Assembly (NCBI GenBank): GCA_036172245.1
Contig: JAYWIR010000005.1
Location: forward strand, 2,790,001-2,854,000
DNA from: Raillietiella orientalis
Lineage: Eukaryota
Length of the DNA stretch: 64,000 nucleotides
Direction of reading: 5' to 3'
The translations under genes were made by a program, and so were the position numbers. Shown here piece by piece: positions 1 through 14,000 of the stretch. The notes under the pieces are model-generated. The model was not told the origin of the DNA. It saw only the letters and a list, made by a program, of their open reading frames with translations, and did no database searches. Numbering within the stretch: position 1 is the first letter of the stretch; each line of letters opens with the position of its first letter.

Positions 1-2078
1 TGACCATGATCCTTCTCCGGCCCTTCTGGGTACGAAAAGATATTAGGACCGACAAAGGCGCCATTCGTTGGACAAACGGGAGGGTTCTCTCCCAGAGCCT
101 CGTCCCGGAAGGTCTTGTAATGATCTCGGAGATGATCTCGCAGAGGAGCCGAGCTGGAGGGGAGGGAAACCGGTCTCATGTGGACTTCCACCTCTTGGGA
201 TTCCGGAAGTGGGACTGCTACCTCAGGAGACCAACTGAGGTCCTCCTCAGTAAGTCTGCCTTCAAAGGGCATCAAGGTCATTGTCCACCTTTCATCTCTC
301 TCCTCCTCCTCTCCCTCGGACCCTGAGTCGCACATCTCTATCTGAGAGATGATGTTTCGAATGTCGGCCTGGAAAGCGGAGATGTCAAAGAAGCCGTCGT
401 TCTCCTCTAGGAGATGGGGTCCAGCGGATGATCCGCTTCTTTCGGGGCTCGCCTTTCCCGGAGGGGCGTGCAGCAGCGCTTCCGTTGTGTCTTCCACGGG
501 AGCCTGGTAGCCATCGGAGTCGTCTACTTCCCTTTCTGGTTTCCCTGCGGTTTTGGAAACGCTCCCGTCCCTCCGAGGACAAAGCGTCGGTGTCTCTGGA
601 ACGCAAGGATATCGGGCGTTTCCTTCCTCCTCCTCTTTCCATCCTTGGGTCGTTGGGAAAGGTAAGGAGGAGATGGGATGGACGAATGGGTGCTCACCTG
701 CGACGCTTTCTAGGCGGGAGTGGCGCAACACAATCTCGGCATCCGTGACTGGAAACTCTGAGCCTTGGGGAATCGCTTCTTCCGCATCTGGGAGACGGGA
801 AGGGGTACGTGAGCGAGAAAGGGGACACTCGGGAATAGTGGAGGAGAGGGGAGGGGAGGGAGGGAAGAAAAGCCACCAGGGAACTCTCACAGTCCTTACC
901 GTCGTCTCTTGCGAAAGTGACTCCGCATCCTGGATGCCAGCTTGAGTCAGCAGTCTTCCCAATGGCGCAGTCCCGCAAAACACGGTGGAGAAACCACTTT
1001 TCGGCGCTCTCACGGTGTCCCAGAAGAGCTGCCTCGTCATCGTCATCCTCTCCCTCCAGGGTCTCGAAGAACGGCATCTTCTGGTTGAATAGGTTCTCCT
1101 CCTCCTCTTCCTCCAGAGATGCGGGCTCTCCGAAGTGTGGTCCATCCAGAGGAGGGGGAAGGAGACGCCTGTCGTTCCGTCCTCGCGGGGTTGGCGAGCC
1201 TTCGCCGGTTCCCGGGGTCCGGGGAGACGTAGGTCTCCGCGCAGACGCCGGCACTGACCCCGGTGACGGAGGACCACTCCCTATACGGGGGCTCTCGACA
1301 CGCTGCGTTCCGCCATCCGAAGGGAGGCTGCCTCGGAGGCACCGCGGACTGGAGTCACCTTCATTGCCACCGCCGTCCTCGGGTGCGTCCAAGACGCCCT
1401 CGGAGGCGGTGGACCCTCCTGGGAGGAGGTCGTGGCGCCACGTTTCTGCAGCGTGGGCAACTGGCACAGCGACGCACAAACCTTCCTCCTCCTGCCCTTC
1501 CACAGGAGACGCGCGGCTTGCCCCGCTCCGGGAAAGGCACCTCTCGTGTTCTCCTGGAGTCTCGGCCGTCCTGGCTGGTGCTCCGGAGGGATGCGCAGCT
1601 CTTCCCTCGTTAGCTCGACCATAAGCAACGCCTTCCAGGGCTTTGTCCCCTCTCGCAATGCGGAAGCCTTCTGGGCACGTGTCCTTGTCGAAGGAGGAGC
1701 CTTCTCTCTCAGACGGCGGCGATCCACCGAGCTCCTCCGCTCCCGTGCGCTCCCGCTCCAGCGGCCTCATCCGCGAGGAGGTGCCACCGTCAACCGCGCG
1801 CTCGTCCGCTTCCGTCTCGGAGGCGTCTCCGGAGTCCAGCAGGCTGGAGAGGATTCTATCGCACCCTTCCCTGATGAATTCTTCCTGAAGCGAGAAGTCG
1901 TCCATTCCCGTCTCAGTGCTCCGGCCATCCGACGTTTCGTCTTCGTCCGCTGCGGTGGCGCGACCACCCTCCTCCTTCCAGAAGCACGGGACCTCCACGA
2001 TCGTGGCCTCCATCAGAACGTTGGTCAGCATCGCGGTCTCCTTGGTGAAGGACACTGCGGGCAGCTCGGGCGCTTCGC
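1..2078 (-). CDS. Gene B acidic low-complexity (probably disordered) exons 2078-900, 787-698, 643-<1
   Basis: Acceptors CCTTTTCAG|, CTCCCAG|, CCCAAG|; donors |GTAAGG, |GTGAGC; all phase 1. The frame from 643 stays open to the window edge (GWKEEEEGNARYP...EGPEKDHG). Confidence 0.8.
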
Positions 2079-5000
2079 CTGAAAAGGACGGGAGGAAGGC
2101 GGCTTCGAGAGAGTTTTCTTCTGTGGAGAATGCTACGTGGTGGCGTGAGAGTGGGGAAATAGGAAGGCAGGGGGCAGGGGGAGGAAGAAAGGAGGACGCG
2201 GGAGGGCGCGAGGAGAGGACGACGCGCGAGTGGGAGGAGGGTCAGACGAGTCCAGCGTGGCCGCATGTGGCAAGCGGATCTCTGGGCGCGAAGATGGCGG
2301 CGTATTCGCGCTCAGCGATCCCGACTGCATGTGCCCACTCTTGGGGAACAGACCCAGAACCCCCCTCCCTCCCCCTTTGCAGGAGCGTCTCGTTCGATTC
2401 CCGGTATTGAGGTGCTGCCTGCTGGCTTCCGGTAACTTTCACTTGGGCCCCTCGGAATGTCCTCCCGCCGTCACGCCGGAAGCGATCTCGTCTTTCCCCG
2501 CGCCTTTCCGTGACGCAATAATGAAGCAGAAACGAAAGGAGGCACGCGCGCGCGCACCTGGCAAAGATCGACCCCTCGTGGCCTCCTGCCCGCCCGTCAA
2601 TTTGACCCAAGCGTTTCGTCCTCCGGTCCGAGGCGGAATTTTCATTTTTGAGGTGATGCGGCGCGTGAGCGCGCACGTTCGGCGAGCGGTCCAGACGGCA
2701 GACTGAGCGAGCGAGTGTGGCCTCCCAGCTCACTCGGAGAGCTCCCATCCCGCCCCTATTGGGTACGGTAATCGTCTTTTAATAGCAGCATGCTGCTGAT
2801 GCTGTGGATGCCCAGAGTCATCACGGCTCGTGACGCGCAAGGGGTTCATGTCAGTTTTTCTTGAAAGGCGCATTAACGCAAGAGTAAACGGGTCGTCGGT
2901 TTGCCTCGAGTTCCGCTTTCCCCTGCGCATTTCCTTTCCATTGTGACCCGAGTTCGAAAATAAATTGATATTTCGTGGGTACGGTTGCCAAGGATACGGG
3001 AGGGGGTGGAGGGGAGGATGAGACTGCTCGAGAACGCGCATGTCGGAAAACGCTGCCACCTCTGCCTACTTATGGAGCTGCGGGAGCGATAAGATTTCAA
3101 AAATAGGGGAGACCCGCTCAAAAGCGGAAGTGGGCGAGATGCTCACTCACGAGAGTCTCTCACGGAAGCAGCATGCGGAGCAGCTGAATGTGATCTCGGG
3201 ATCCCGAAAGAGGCAAAGATCATGGACGCCTCTGCAGTTCAACCAATTCTGGGAAAATTCCACCCATCGTCCCGAGTAGTTGGAATTTTCGCCGAACCAC
3301 GAGGGCATTTCGGGAGGAACCAACGCAGTTGAGCGCGCGAAGCAGAATGGGAGGTGACCGGGTCGGGTGGCAAGGATTTCCGGAAGGCAAGGAGGGTTGG
3401 CGTGGAGATTTTCCGTCCGGAGCTCCCGAATTCAGAGCAGAAACTCTAGGAGGACTCCACTAAATCGTGGAAAGCGGTTCGAGGGAACGCATCAAGCAGC
3501 CGGCGAGCAGATGGGATGCTGAGGATCGCAGCGACCGATCCCCGAAGGGATGTGACCGTCTCTGTGATTTTCAGAGTTACGTGCTTGTGCCATCCGCTTA
3601 TCGAAGTGCAGACCTTGGCGTGATCCGCGTGCGCGGAAGAGGAGGATTCTGTGGACCATTACAGGGCTCCGCGAAACGTTTCGACACGATAGGGAAAAGC
3701 AAGAGGATGGGGATATGCAGGTTTCCCTGTGGAGATCAGTGAAAACCCTCTGGCAGTGTCAGAAACTGATGATGATGATGAGCGGGGATCGCCCCTGGTC
3801 GTCATTATCAAATCTCTAATTGAGTGATGACGGAATTGCGGGGATTACTCGGAACATTTCCGTGATCAAAGAGACAGAGCAGCCATGCTATTCTCGCCAG
3901 CCGGGTGGCACCCTGATAACCATCGAATAACAGAGACTCTGGTCTCGAAGACTCGCTTGCTGCTCGGCGGCGTATCCGAGGTACATGTGCAGACCTCTGC
4001 GAGGTGGCCTTGAGGTCCTACGGGATTTGAGCGCTCACTTATCTTCCTCAAAGCCGGAAGCGCCCGGGTCGCCGGCACGTCCTAAACGGTGGGTTCGCTC
4101 GAATCTGCTTCTCAATCTGCGGGGATGGTCGCATCCCCGCGGGACTCTACGAGCCTCAAGGGGTGCCTTTCGTCCACTCGGCAGGACCGAATCCTCGCTG
4201 TGCTTCTCGCGCTGGGGGTGGAAGAGAACTGGAGAGTCGCATGACGAGAGTCTTTCGCTTTCCCAAGAGCGCCTCATCACAATGAGATGAAGTAGCAGAA
4301 GAAAGAAGCCAGAAAGCAGCAGATAGAGAGTCTCCCTTCTTTGCGGACTTCTTCCTCCTTCTGTTCTCTCCCCTTCCCCCTTCTTTCAATCTTCCGAGAA
4401 GAGAATCGGACAAGCACCTTTTCTTGCTAGAATAGCAGGAGAGGTGCAAAGGCTCTTGTCGAAGATGGACACCGGTGTTTCTCTTATTATCTCTTATTAC
4501 CATCACCACGATTGCGGTAATAAGCAGCAAACGAGCTGCGGGGTCGCCAATCATGCCATCAGGGATAAGGGAAGAGCTGGAAACTTGGTGCTTCAGCCTG
4601 ATCTCAAGAGGTCTGGTAAGTCATATTTGTCTTCTCGAAGGATGGAGTTGTGCAGGTCACCTCCAAGTGCACTCCAAGTTACAGTCGCTTCTTCTCGTGT
4701 CTTTAAGCAGACTTCAGACCACGGAGGACTCATCTCGTTCCTCAGGGAACCACTAGTGGGCCATTTTTATGCAAGCAATCCCTTTCCTGTCCTGATTGAT
4801 CCAACGAGGATCGCATCCCCTACCAGAACCCCCGTTAATTCTGTGAGATATGAAGCTGCAGCTGCTCCGAATTCCGTATCCTAGTCAACTAGACGCACAA
4901 GGAATTTTAATAAGGAATATCCGGAGCTGGCAGAAGCGGATCCTTAAGGCGCATGAGTGCGTCTTCTAAGAATGGGGAGCGGAACTGGATTCCCGGCAAA

Positions 5001-8000
5001 TCCTGCAGATTTGCAGGGACCCCGGTTTTACGCGACTCCTGCATGGATCCGAAGACCGAATCAGGATTTTTCCAGAGACTGAGTTGCGTCGTCATCTTTC
5101 TGACATCCTCATGGAGGCTTGGCAGCCTTCCATGAGGGTTCTTCCGGGGGCAAGAGTACGAGCAGTCCCTTCTGCCCTTTCCAAGGTTCCCAGTTATTCT
5201 GCGCACACACCCAGGAGAGGGGATTCCTCAACGAGGCACTCAAGAACTGCCTTCCAGTGGAATCTGAGTTCGCTGGTTGATATGAAAGTGAATGAAGAGC
5301 TTGTTGGGAGATGGTTGCTCCTTGAGCCGTTGCCTCGGTGATCCGGGTTCATTTTCATGTTCGCTCGTGGCAGCAGACGCGAAAAGAAACCAATATCAAC
5401 AAGCTCGGAACGAAGGGCAGCAAGTTCGGAGCTCCCAGCAGCCATAGAAGCTGTAAAAAGACTTGAAGGAACGCCATTTCTACCACTACAATTCTTCGGC
5501 AACCAGTGGCTTTGCCACTGTCCTAGGGTGAGGCGCTACATCTGCAAAACTCGCAGCTTGCTTTGTGTTTAAAGAACAAGTTCCACCATAAGGCGCAGAA
5601 AATGCTGGGAGGTTTTTCTACCTGTTCCAGAATCCTTTGGCATCGCAGAGATTAATTGATTTTTGTTTTGTATAGTCTGATCAAGCTTTTCCACCTAATT
5701 GTTCGGTGTTTGTTGGCAACCATCCATGATGCAATCATTTCCAGGAGTTGTTTAAGCCTGTTTCTTTCTGGAGCGAGCATTTTCGCAGCATCATCACGAC
5801 GCTGGCAGAACGCACACGCACAAAAGGTGGTTTGTTCTTTTGAGATGGATGGAAACAGCCGCAGACGTCCGCAGCGCTGAGAACCGAATAGAGCAAGCGC
5901 TTTTGCATCCAAGACCCTCAGTCTTGGATTCAAACTGGATTAGTTCCTTGCCGAACCTCCTTCCTCAAGAGAGATGGGAGAATTTGCTGATGAAAATAAA
6001 ACTAACCAACATGGAGAAACACATGCGTTGCATTCGGGATTTGGTGAGGATTTTCCCATGCAGTGCACAGTTGCGAATTATGTGTGAGAATTCGTTTCTT
6101 GTTTGTTTTTATCGCATGGCGCACACGACTTTCGAGATCAGCGTGGTGGGGATGATGGTCTTTGATTTCGAACTCGATGAAGTGGGCGTTATCGGAGAAT
6201 CTCCACGATCATGCGCCAGCAGTGACGCGAAAACTGCTTAGCCGCGGAGCCGCGTTGGGACATCTTTGAGAAGCTGTTTCGAAACACACTGCCTCATCGC
6301 GGACAATCTTCGGATTGCTTCAAGGCATGGAAGTTCAGATTCTGGATGATGCATCTTTGGACTTTTAATAAGAGATGATCTGCACGATTTTTTCCTCATT
6401 TACCCTTTCTTTCGGTCAAGGGACAGGGAGATTTGCGTAACACGACACTGCTTGGCGTGGTTCACGGAATTTGTTTCTAAATCGCAATGGACCCCTTCCC
6501 CCCTCTAAGGCTCACTAATCTTCCACTGCCTAAAACAATGGCCGAAGCTGTGGAATCCGAGTGCATTCACACAAGATAGAAAGGAAGATTCAGATGTTAA
6601 GAAATCCTCGTTCCTGGTGTACAGAATTGTGGTCTGTTGCTCTTGCCATGAACGGACATGAGGTCCACTATTACAGAAAGTGCTCCACTAGCGTCTTAGA
6701 CATTCTGATTTGTGACAATGCATCCTCAATCTAGTGAGTAACTTCATCAACATTCTATTTATCTGCACCTTCAGCTCCAACTGATCATTGCTTCTTCCAT
6801 TCATTCCATGCAACCACCACATGAAATGGTCCATCATGAAAAAGCAAAAAAAACTTCCATCACTGATTTTTCACTGCCGGTGATAATCCATGACGAATAT
6901 CTGCATTCACTGCTCTAGCTTAATGAAAATTGAAATCGCCATTAGTGATTCCCTACTCACGCCCTAGAACACACGGAAGATATCCCTTGCTACGGTTGTC
7001 GCCCACGCAGACATGCAAGCATCAACCGGAACAGCACACTTCTTCCGAGGAGAGCGATAACAACTTTCAGGACTTTCGAGAAACAGAAACTAATCGGAAC
7101 TGGTCCAGGATATTTTCGGGCGATGCCGCGAAATTCTCAAGTGCTAAGGTTCGATGTGACCTTAATCCAGCAGCCAGCAGCCTATTGCCATCTTGTTTGA
7201 AAATCCGATTATTCACGATACCGCTCGGGGAAGACCAGTCTTTGTGGCGCAGGCCGAGTTGAGGGATTGGCGGGTGCAGCAGCGAGAACAGGGAGGAACG
7301 CATCTTTCTGATGCGGTCAACAGATACAGCAGTGCAGAAGCTAAGAGGAAGCGACCCGTTTTCATGCTAGGATGCACCATCTGCTCGGAGAATCTCCAGG
7401 CCATATACTTTGGTACCACGCATCTGAATGGCAGCACTCCTCAGAACCCCTCCTATTCTTCTACGGAAACAAGGAAAGGGCACTCACTCGTAGCGGTCAA
7501 AAAAAAAAAAAAAAAATGAGGAAGAAACTGTCAAGGAGTATCAGCGGAAAAGAGAAAATTTTGTTCTTTTGCTGAAACTGAGAAGTTTACACATTCATGT
7601 GAAAGTGCAACCTGGAAAGATGCCGACGAAAGAATGTGTGCAGCTGTTGAACCTGATTTCTGCCGAAGTCCGCCGACATTCTTTCCATCCAGGGTTGCCT
7701 TGCTTCTTACTCATAGGTTTTCCTGCTGCTTGCTCCGCTCACGGAATACTTGAAGAGTGCTCCTGAGGGGCACGTTTATTATGCACGCACACGGGGGCCA
7801 TCTGTTCCCTTGGAAGCTGGGGAACAGATGGCCAGTATTTCCATGTTTGATTCAGGAGGGAGCACTTGCCCGAGTCCATTGTTCTCCCGTTCCGGATGAC
7901 ATTCTACATCCATAATCTTTGTTCCGAAAGACGCAGGAATGCTTTGCGTGTGGAGGTCCTTCTTTCATCTTCGGCAAGAGTTGCTTCCCGTGTGATGCGT

Positions 8001-11000
8001 GCGAGGAACAGCGGATGTCGCGACGCAACTCGGTGCAGGCCTGTCAGGTCTGGAATCCTGAATCGACTTCAGCCCCGCGTACGAAGACGGGATGCAGCAC
8101 AAATGAAGAATATGCCGTGGCAGCTTCGGTCTCAGGAGTGCGCCAACATCCAGATTAATCCAGAGATGAAGAGTCAAGAATTTACAGAGAGTATCCTGTT
8201 GAGCCTTGAAGGTGAATACTGCTCTGAGCTAGCACATTTCAGGAGACTCTAGAGGTTCTTCATCTACCAGAATTTTGATGTGCTTGTTGAAAGATGGGGA
8301 AGGGAAAAAGGAGACCCAGCATTTTCCATCAGAGTGACTTAAATTTAAAGAAGGAAGTAAATTTGATATCCAATCTCTTGAGTTTCTGAAACTGCCCCAA
8401 CAGGGTTGACATGGATGACATGTACAGAATATCAAGCTCTCCATTAGTGACAAAATCGATCAAATCAGCGACCCACTTGTCATGCTGCAATTCAGCTGAA
8501 CAGTGTGAAGAGCATTCCCCAAGTCAGGATCAGGCGATTCGGTGAAACGGTGAGCTGCGAGACGGGCACTTCGTACACACAGTGCGGCTGTGAGACCCAC
8601 GCACTGGACTGCTACTACCACCACACTGCTCAGAGTGAGGATCAGCAAAGGACAAAAGGAGCATGCTGGCGTGCTGGTAACAAGTGCAACGGGTTTCCTG
8701 GTCCCTGCAGTCCTTCCTCTTCTTCAGCGTGCGGGTCGTCACAGCCCCGTAAAGTCTTCGAACTCTTTTAACACTGAAGAGATGCGTTTTCCGAGGAAAA
8801 ACGCAGTCGCCAACCGACTCGGAGTAGCGGTTGAGACGAAGGAGCGAAGCAAATCACTCAAGCGAACCACCTAAGCACTATCTGGGTGGTCGAGTGGGAT
8901 TTTCGCGGAGCGGGATGATCGCGTTTTCTCAATTTTCCGTGTTTCACTTGATCGCCCGTTGCATCCTCGCCCTCTGAAAGTCCGCGGAGACCCATCCTCA
9001 GCTTACCGCAGAATCTCTCGGAAAGCTCATCGGCGTGCATCTCTTCGATATCCTTGGCTTCCCTTTCACTCATGTCCGGAGTTTCGTAGAGCGCTAACGA
9101 CTCTTTGTTTCTTTCCGTCGAATCCGAAACCTCCGTGTCGTCAAGTCCATTGGAGGTGATTTCTGAAGGGGGGGTTTCGTATATGCTGATCTCCGACGAC
9201 CTCTCTTCTCTGATCGTCGAGAGCGATGTGGGTTTCTGTTGCTTCTCTTCGCCAGGGTCTAAAACACAAGGGTCTAAAGCACAAGGGCTCAAAACCAGGA
9301 ACGCCGAAGTCCTGCAAATAGAAATTCCGAATGCTAAAATCTCAAAAGATCATCAGAAATAAATACACATGTTTATGATGTACATCAATATAGGGATTGA
9401 TATACAAATTTATTTTAACAAACATATCAATAAATATTTCTTAACACATGCATTACTGATGTAATTAAAAATGTATTCATTGTATATACTAATATATATC
9501 TATATATTGGTTAATACAGATTACTATACAAATTATTTATCAATTATTTATATGTAGTATAGATTCGTATGAAAATGTGCTTTAACATATATATATATAT
9601 ATTAGCATACGTATTGTTCATACGTCTTCACATATATATGCTCATAATTCGATATTTATATATTCATTTAATGTACATTCATTACATGTATAAATATATA
9701 TTGATGTATGTAATGAGCGCTTGGTGATCTTTCGAGGTTCCGGCACTCGGGATTTCGATGGAGGTTCAACGAGAAGACCACCATCGGCATTGGACAGCAG
9801 CTGAAGAGTGCGTGGGCGAACGGAAGCACCCGAAGACTTCTTACCGCAAACGCCGAACAAGGAAGTTGTGCTTCGAACGGAACCCATGCAGTTCACTGCT
9901 TCGCAGCTGTAGGTGCCGAAGTTGGTATTCTTCGAGCGCCCCGACACGGCGTCGTATATCTCTCCAGGTTCGATCCTGCGATCGTCTTTGTACCAGCATA
10001 AGCGCGGCTGGGGAACGCCCATCACCTAAGGTAGGGAATCACCATCGCAAACGTGCAAGTGGCCGGGTAGGCGATGGGGGTGGGTGGCTCGCTGGCTTAC
10101 TTTGCAGACCAGATTGACAACTCCTCCGTCCACGATGACTTTGAGGGGTTCCAGAAATTTCGGTTTCTTGTAATGCTTGGGTATATTCAACCTCATTGTA
10201 GAAGATGTGGTGCTCGAGCCGAACTGATTCGTGGCAACGCATTCCCAGAGTCCCTACATTGGAAGAAAACGAAAAATAAGAATAAGAGAGAGAGCATGGG
10301 ATGAGGATCAGCTCTTGTTCGCCTCACCTCGTCTTCCGCAGAAAGGGAATTTATGCACAAAGAGAACGAATGTTCCTCATCATGGATGCACTCGTATTTC
10401 CCTCCCATCTCCACCTCTTCGCCGTTTCTGAACCAGGTCACGGAGGCGGGTGAGAAGCTGGAAACTACAGAATCGTCCTGAAGCGTTCCTTCGTGGCTGC
10501 ACTTGGGAGTTCGAACCAGCGCTGCCTCTCACCAGGCGGCTCTCAAAGATCGAACTCCGCGCATACCTTGAACATCCATGAGGATCGGACCTTCTATGTC
10601 TGCGGTGGTGTCTTTCAGCTGTTCGAGAAAAATGGGGGGGACCGCGGCCTCCTGGAGGCGCAACTTCTCATCCTTCGTGAAGTTCGGCAGGATGTCTTCC
10701 AAGGTGAGCTCAACGCAGCTCTTCGCTTCCCCCATGCAGTTATGAGCCACGCAAGAATACCTCCCTGATGTGTGCGACAACAGTGAACCAGGGAAAGCAG
10801 AGGGAGTCAGGGTACCGAGGGAGCTTGCGCCGTATAATTGGTAAACGTCTCCAGGCAACAGCTGCTTTCCGTCCTTGAACCAGCGTAAATACGGGGTAGG
10901 ATGCCCCTGGACCTTGCATTCAAACGATGCTACACCTCTCTCGTTGAAAACTGTCTTGAGGTGTTCCACGAATTCGGGTGGTCTGTAATTTTCTGGCACT

Positions 11001-14000
11001 AAAAGGAAAAGCTGAATAACACGGGCAGCGAGGGCTGCGGGTCGTCAAGGGACAGCGGCTGGATTCAATTTTCGGAAAGAGAATGATGGATGGGTGACGC
11101 TCAAGACCCCGGTGTGCAGGTTGCCAGGAGACTCAAGATGCCGAAAGAGCGTGCTGAGGGGCTAGAAGCGGCGCTCCCTTCTTGCACAACCCGGTTCTTA
11201 AATACGCCGAAAAGTCGATCGACAAGTATGGCTTTTCATCTGGTGTTCCTGCACTGCGGACACTAATTCATAGGTGCCACCATTGCTTGACGTTTTTTTT
11301 TTTTTTTTGGGTATATCAGATGATTAGGTAGGGCTGCTTAGTTTTCTCGGAAAGATCAACGAACACAGACCCGGAGTGAGGAAGGCACATCTTCGAGAAG
11401 GGCGTTTGGTGGTGCTTTCGATCTCCGAAATTTCCAGCAGCGGACAGGTTTTAAAAGCACCTGTTTCTCGTGTTTAAGAATACTGGGGAAGATGAAAGCC
11501 AGACAGAAGAGGAGGCGTCAAACACGACGGGGCATCACGCTGAACATTAACAACGCTTTGCAACTATTATTTAGGGTACATTGAATAAGGTTGCTGTGTT
11601 GAGAGCTCCTTTAATTTGCATATACAAAGTTATAAATGCTTGGTCCGCCGGGGGAGTCCGCTCCTTTGAACAGCTGGAGAGGTGCCCGTGAGGGCGCCTG
11701 CTCCATCTTGAAACCGCAGGAGTTCCCCGGTGAGGGGGGTCCGCTCTCCGTTGCACGACAGGAGGGGGAGCTCCCCATCCATCTGTTAAAAATAGTTGAT
11801 CACATATATTAGTTGCTATTTTTAAGTAGCATAAATATGCTTACTCGATCGATCATTATGTTAAAAAAGATATTTATATTGCACCTGGAAATTTATCTAA
11901 TATTTACAATTGTATTTTCGGAAGATAACTTCAGGGGCTTCAATCAAAATCAACTACAGTATAGCAAGGGTCCATACAGATGAAATAAAAATGCATTTTG
12001 CAAGGATTGTAAAAAAATCTAATGAAGGGAGGAAGAACTGCGATTTATAGCTTTAAATATTTACGTGTATTACTTAGTACGGGGGTGTATAAGGCATTTG
12101 GTAACACTGTATTTGAAAACGTAGTATAACTGAAATTCTGTCAGCAAGTGAAGCTGAAGGAAGTTGGGAACTTTGTCGCTTTCTGATGACGAGAAGCCAC
12201 GATGAGTAGAAAAGACAACATTCCTATTTTCTGGTTGTAGGAAAGTGGAAACCGGTTTAGTGGTAGAGTCTTTAGGAGAAATCGAAAGGGTTCCCCATGA
12301 GAGGCACGCAGTCTCTAACCTGAGAGTTTGACGCAGCAGCTGTGCATGCTGTCTCCGTGAGCGCTCCTCGCCACGCATTTCCATTCCCCAGCATCCTCGA
12401 TTTCCGCTGGAAACATCTCCAGGACGAAATTCCCGCTCTCCTCCTCAAGCATCCGGTATTTCGCGTTAGGCTCGATTTTCTCGCCTCGTCTGTACCAGGA
12501 GACTTGGGTGAACTTTCGATCAGCCACTGAAGAGGGTGGAGAATGAATCCCAAGAGTAGCGCCTTGGCAACACAAGTAAAAGAAAAAAGAAAAACAAATG
12601 GAGAAATCAGTTTCTAAAGTTGCAATCCAAAGGTATTGAACAATAACTGCAGTTCACAGTTCACTTCTTGCGTGGCACTCCACTGGACTCGAAGATCCGA
12701 TCACTTCGATTCGTTTTTACATTCGGATTCGCAAAAGCTTCAATAAATCTTCTGCTCGCAGTTGACCTTTTTCCTTCTTATTTTCTAGCAGGGCATCGAT
12801 TGATCTTCGTTTCCCTTAACAGAGGAAGAAGAAGAAACGTGCTGGATTGTTTGCCCCTCGCTCATTCCGCATTAGATGCAGACATCTATGGAATCATCCT
12901 GGATCCAGGTCTTCGAGACGGATTGAACCCCGAATGACAACTAACGGTTCTGCAGCATGGGGAGCGAAGCAGAAAGCCACTCAAAATGGAGAGGAAAGGT
13001 CGAGACTGAAGCAAATGCTGCTTTCCTCCACTGACCATCTCGGTGAATCTGGCAGGCAGTGAGAGGTGCCAGAGGGCTGCCATCGCCATGGAAAGAGAAG
13101 CGTTTCACGCAAAAATCCAGTGTTGGACAATGTTTGTGGCGTAAGGTGGCTACACTGTGACCGGATTCTTCAAATGGCAAAAGTCTCCTTGGGACATCTG
13201 AAAAGTCACCTGGTAGAAGCGAACTATGAGAACTCTGTCTTTCTGATATGAACCAAAGAAGAGAGCTTCACGAAAAGGAAAGATGAACTCGTATGGACAA
13301 ACGCACTCCATCGTGAAACTTCTTATTCGAAGGATGCTGCTAGTCCTATCTGTAGATTTTTCAAAATGCAAGATGGAATTAAGCCTTGGAAGACGTCAAA
13401 AGTCGGTGTCGTTTCATCGGACACCGAATTTCACCCGAAACTGTGCAGTTAAGAAAAGAAAATCTTCGTTCTTCTGGAAAAGTGAAAAAGAATCAGTTAC
13501 CCTACTAGACATGTGCAATGTGGTCTTCTCAACGTCCTTTCTCTTTTTTGCTGGCAACCCTGATCGGAAACTTTCTTCAAAACAATCTGAAGCATTCCTC
13601 TCCATATTTTTACCAATCGCCTCTGGCTGATGAAAACCAATACCTTATTTTATGGGCCATTTCAGTGGTATGAGTTTCAGAAAACGAGCCGAAGAACCTG
13701 TCGCTATTGGAAACCGCCGTGGAAATTGCATGCGTCCACCATCAACATTAAGTTGTACGGATCCCAGCTCACTAAACTTGGATAAAACTGGAAGACCAAG
13801 GAGCCAATCCCTCTTAGGTCTCTGTCTCCACGACTCCTACATACCATAGGTATGTGAAGGACTCATGTGAGAAGATGGAAGACATAAAGATGGAACCGAA
13901 GCATTATCTTCGGGATCCGAACCATTCAGCAGCATGACGTTGATCCTTTCAATTTTTCAATTATCTTGCTTGCAGAGATATCCAGGAACCATTGACACGA

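Noticed and set aside
6..2706. Many long plus-strand ORFs (e.g. 917..1624, 1432..2082, 1916..2410)
   Set aside because: Mostly antisense shadows of GC-rich gene B exons; no recognisable domains or coherent splice structure.
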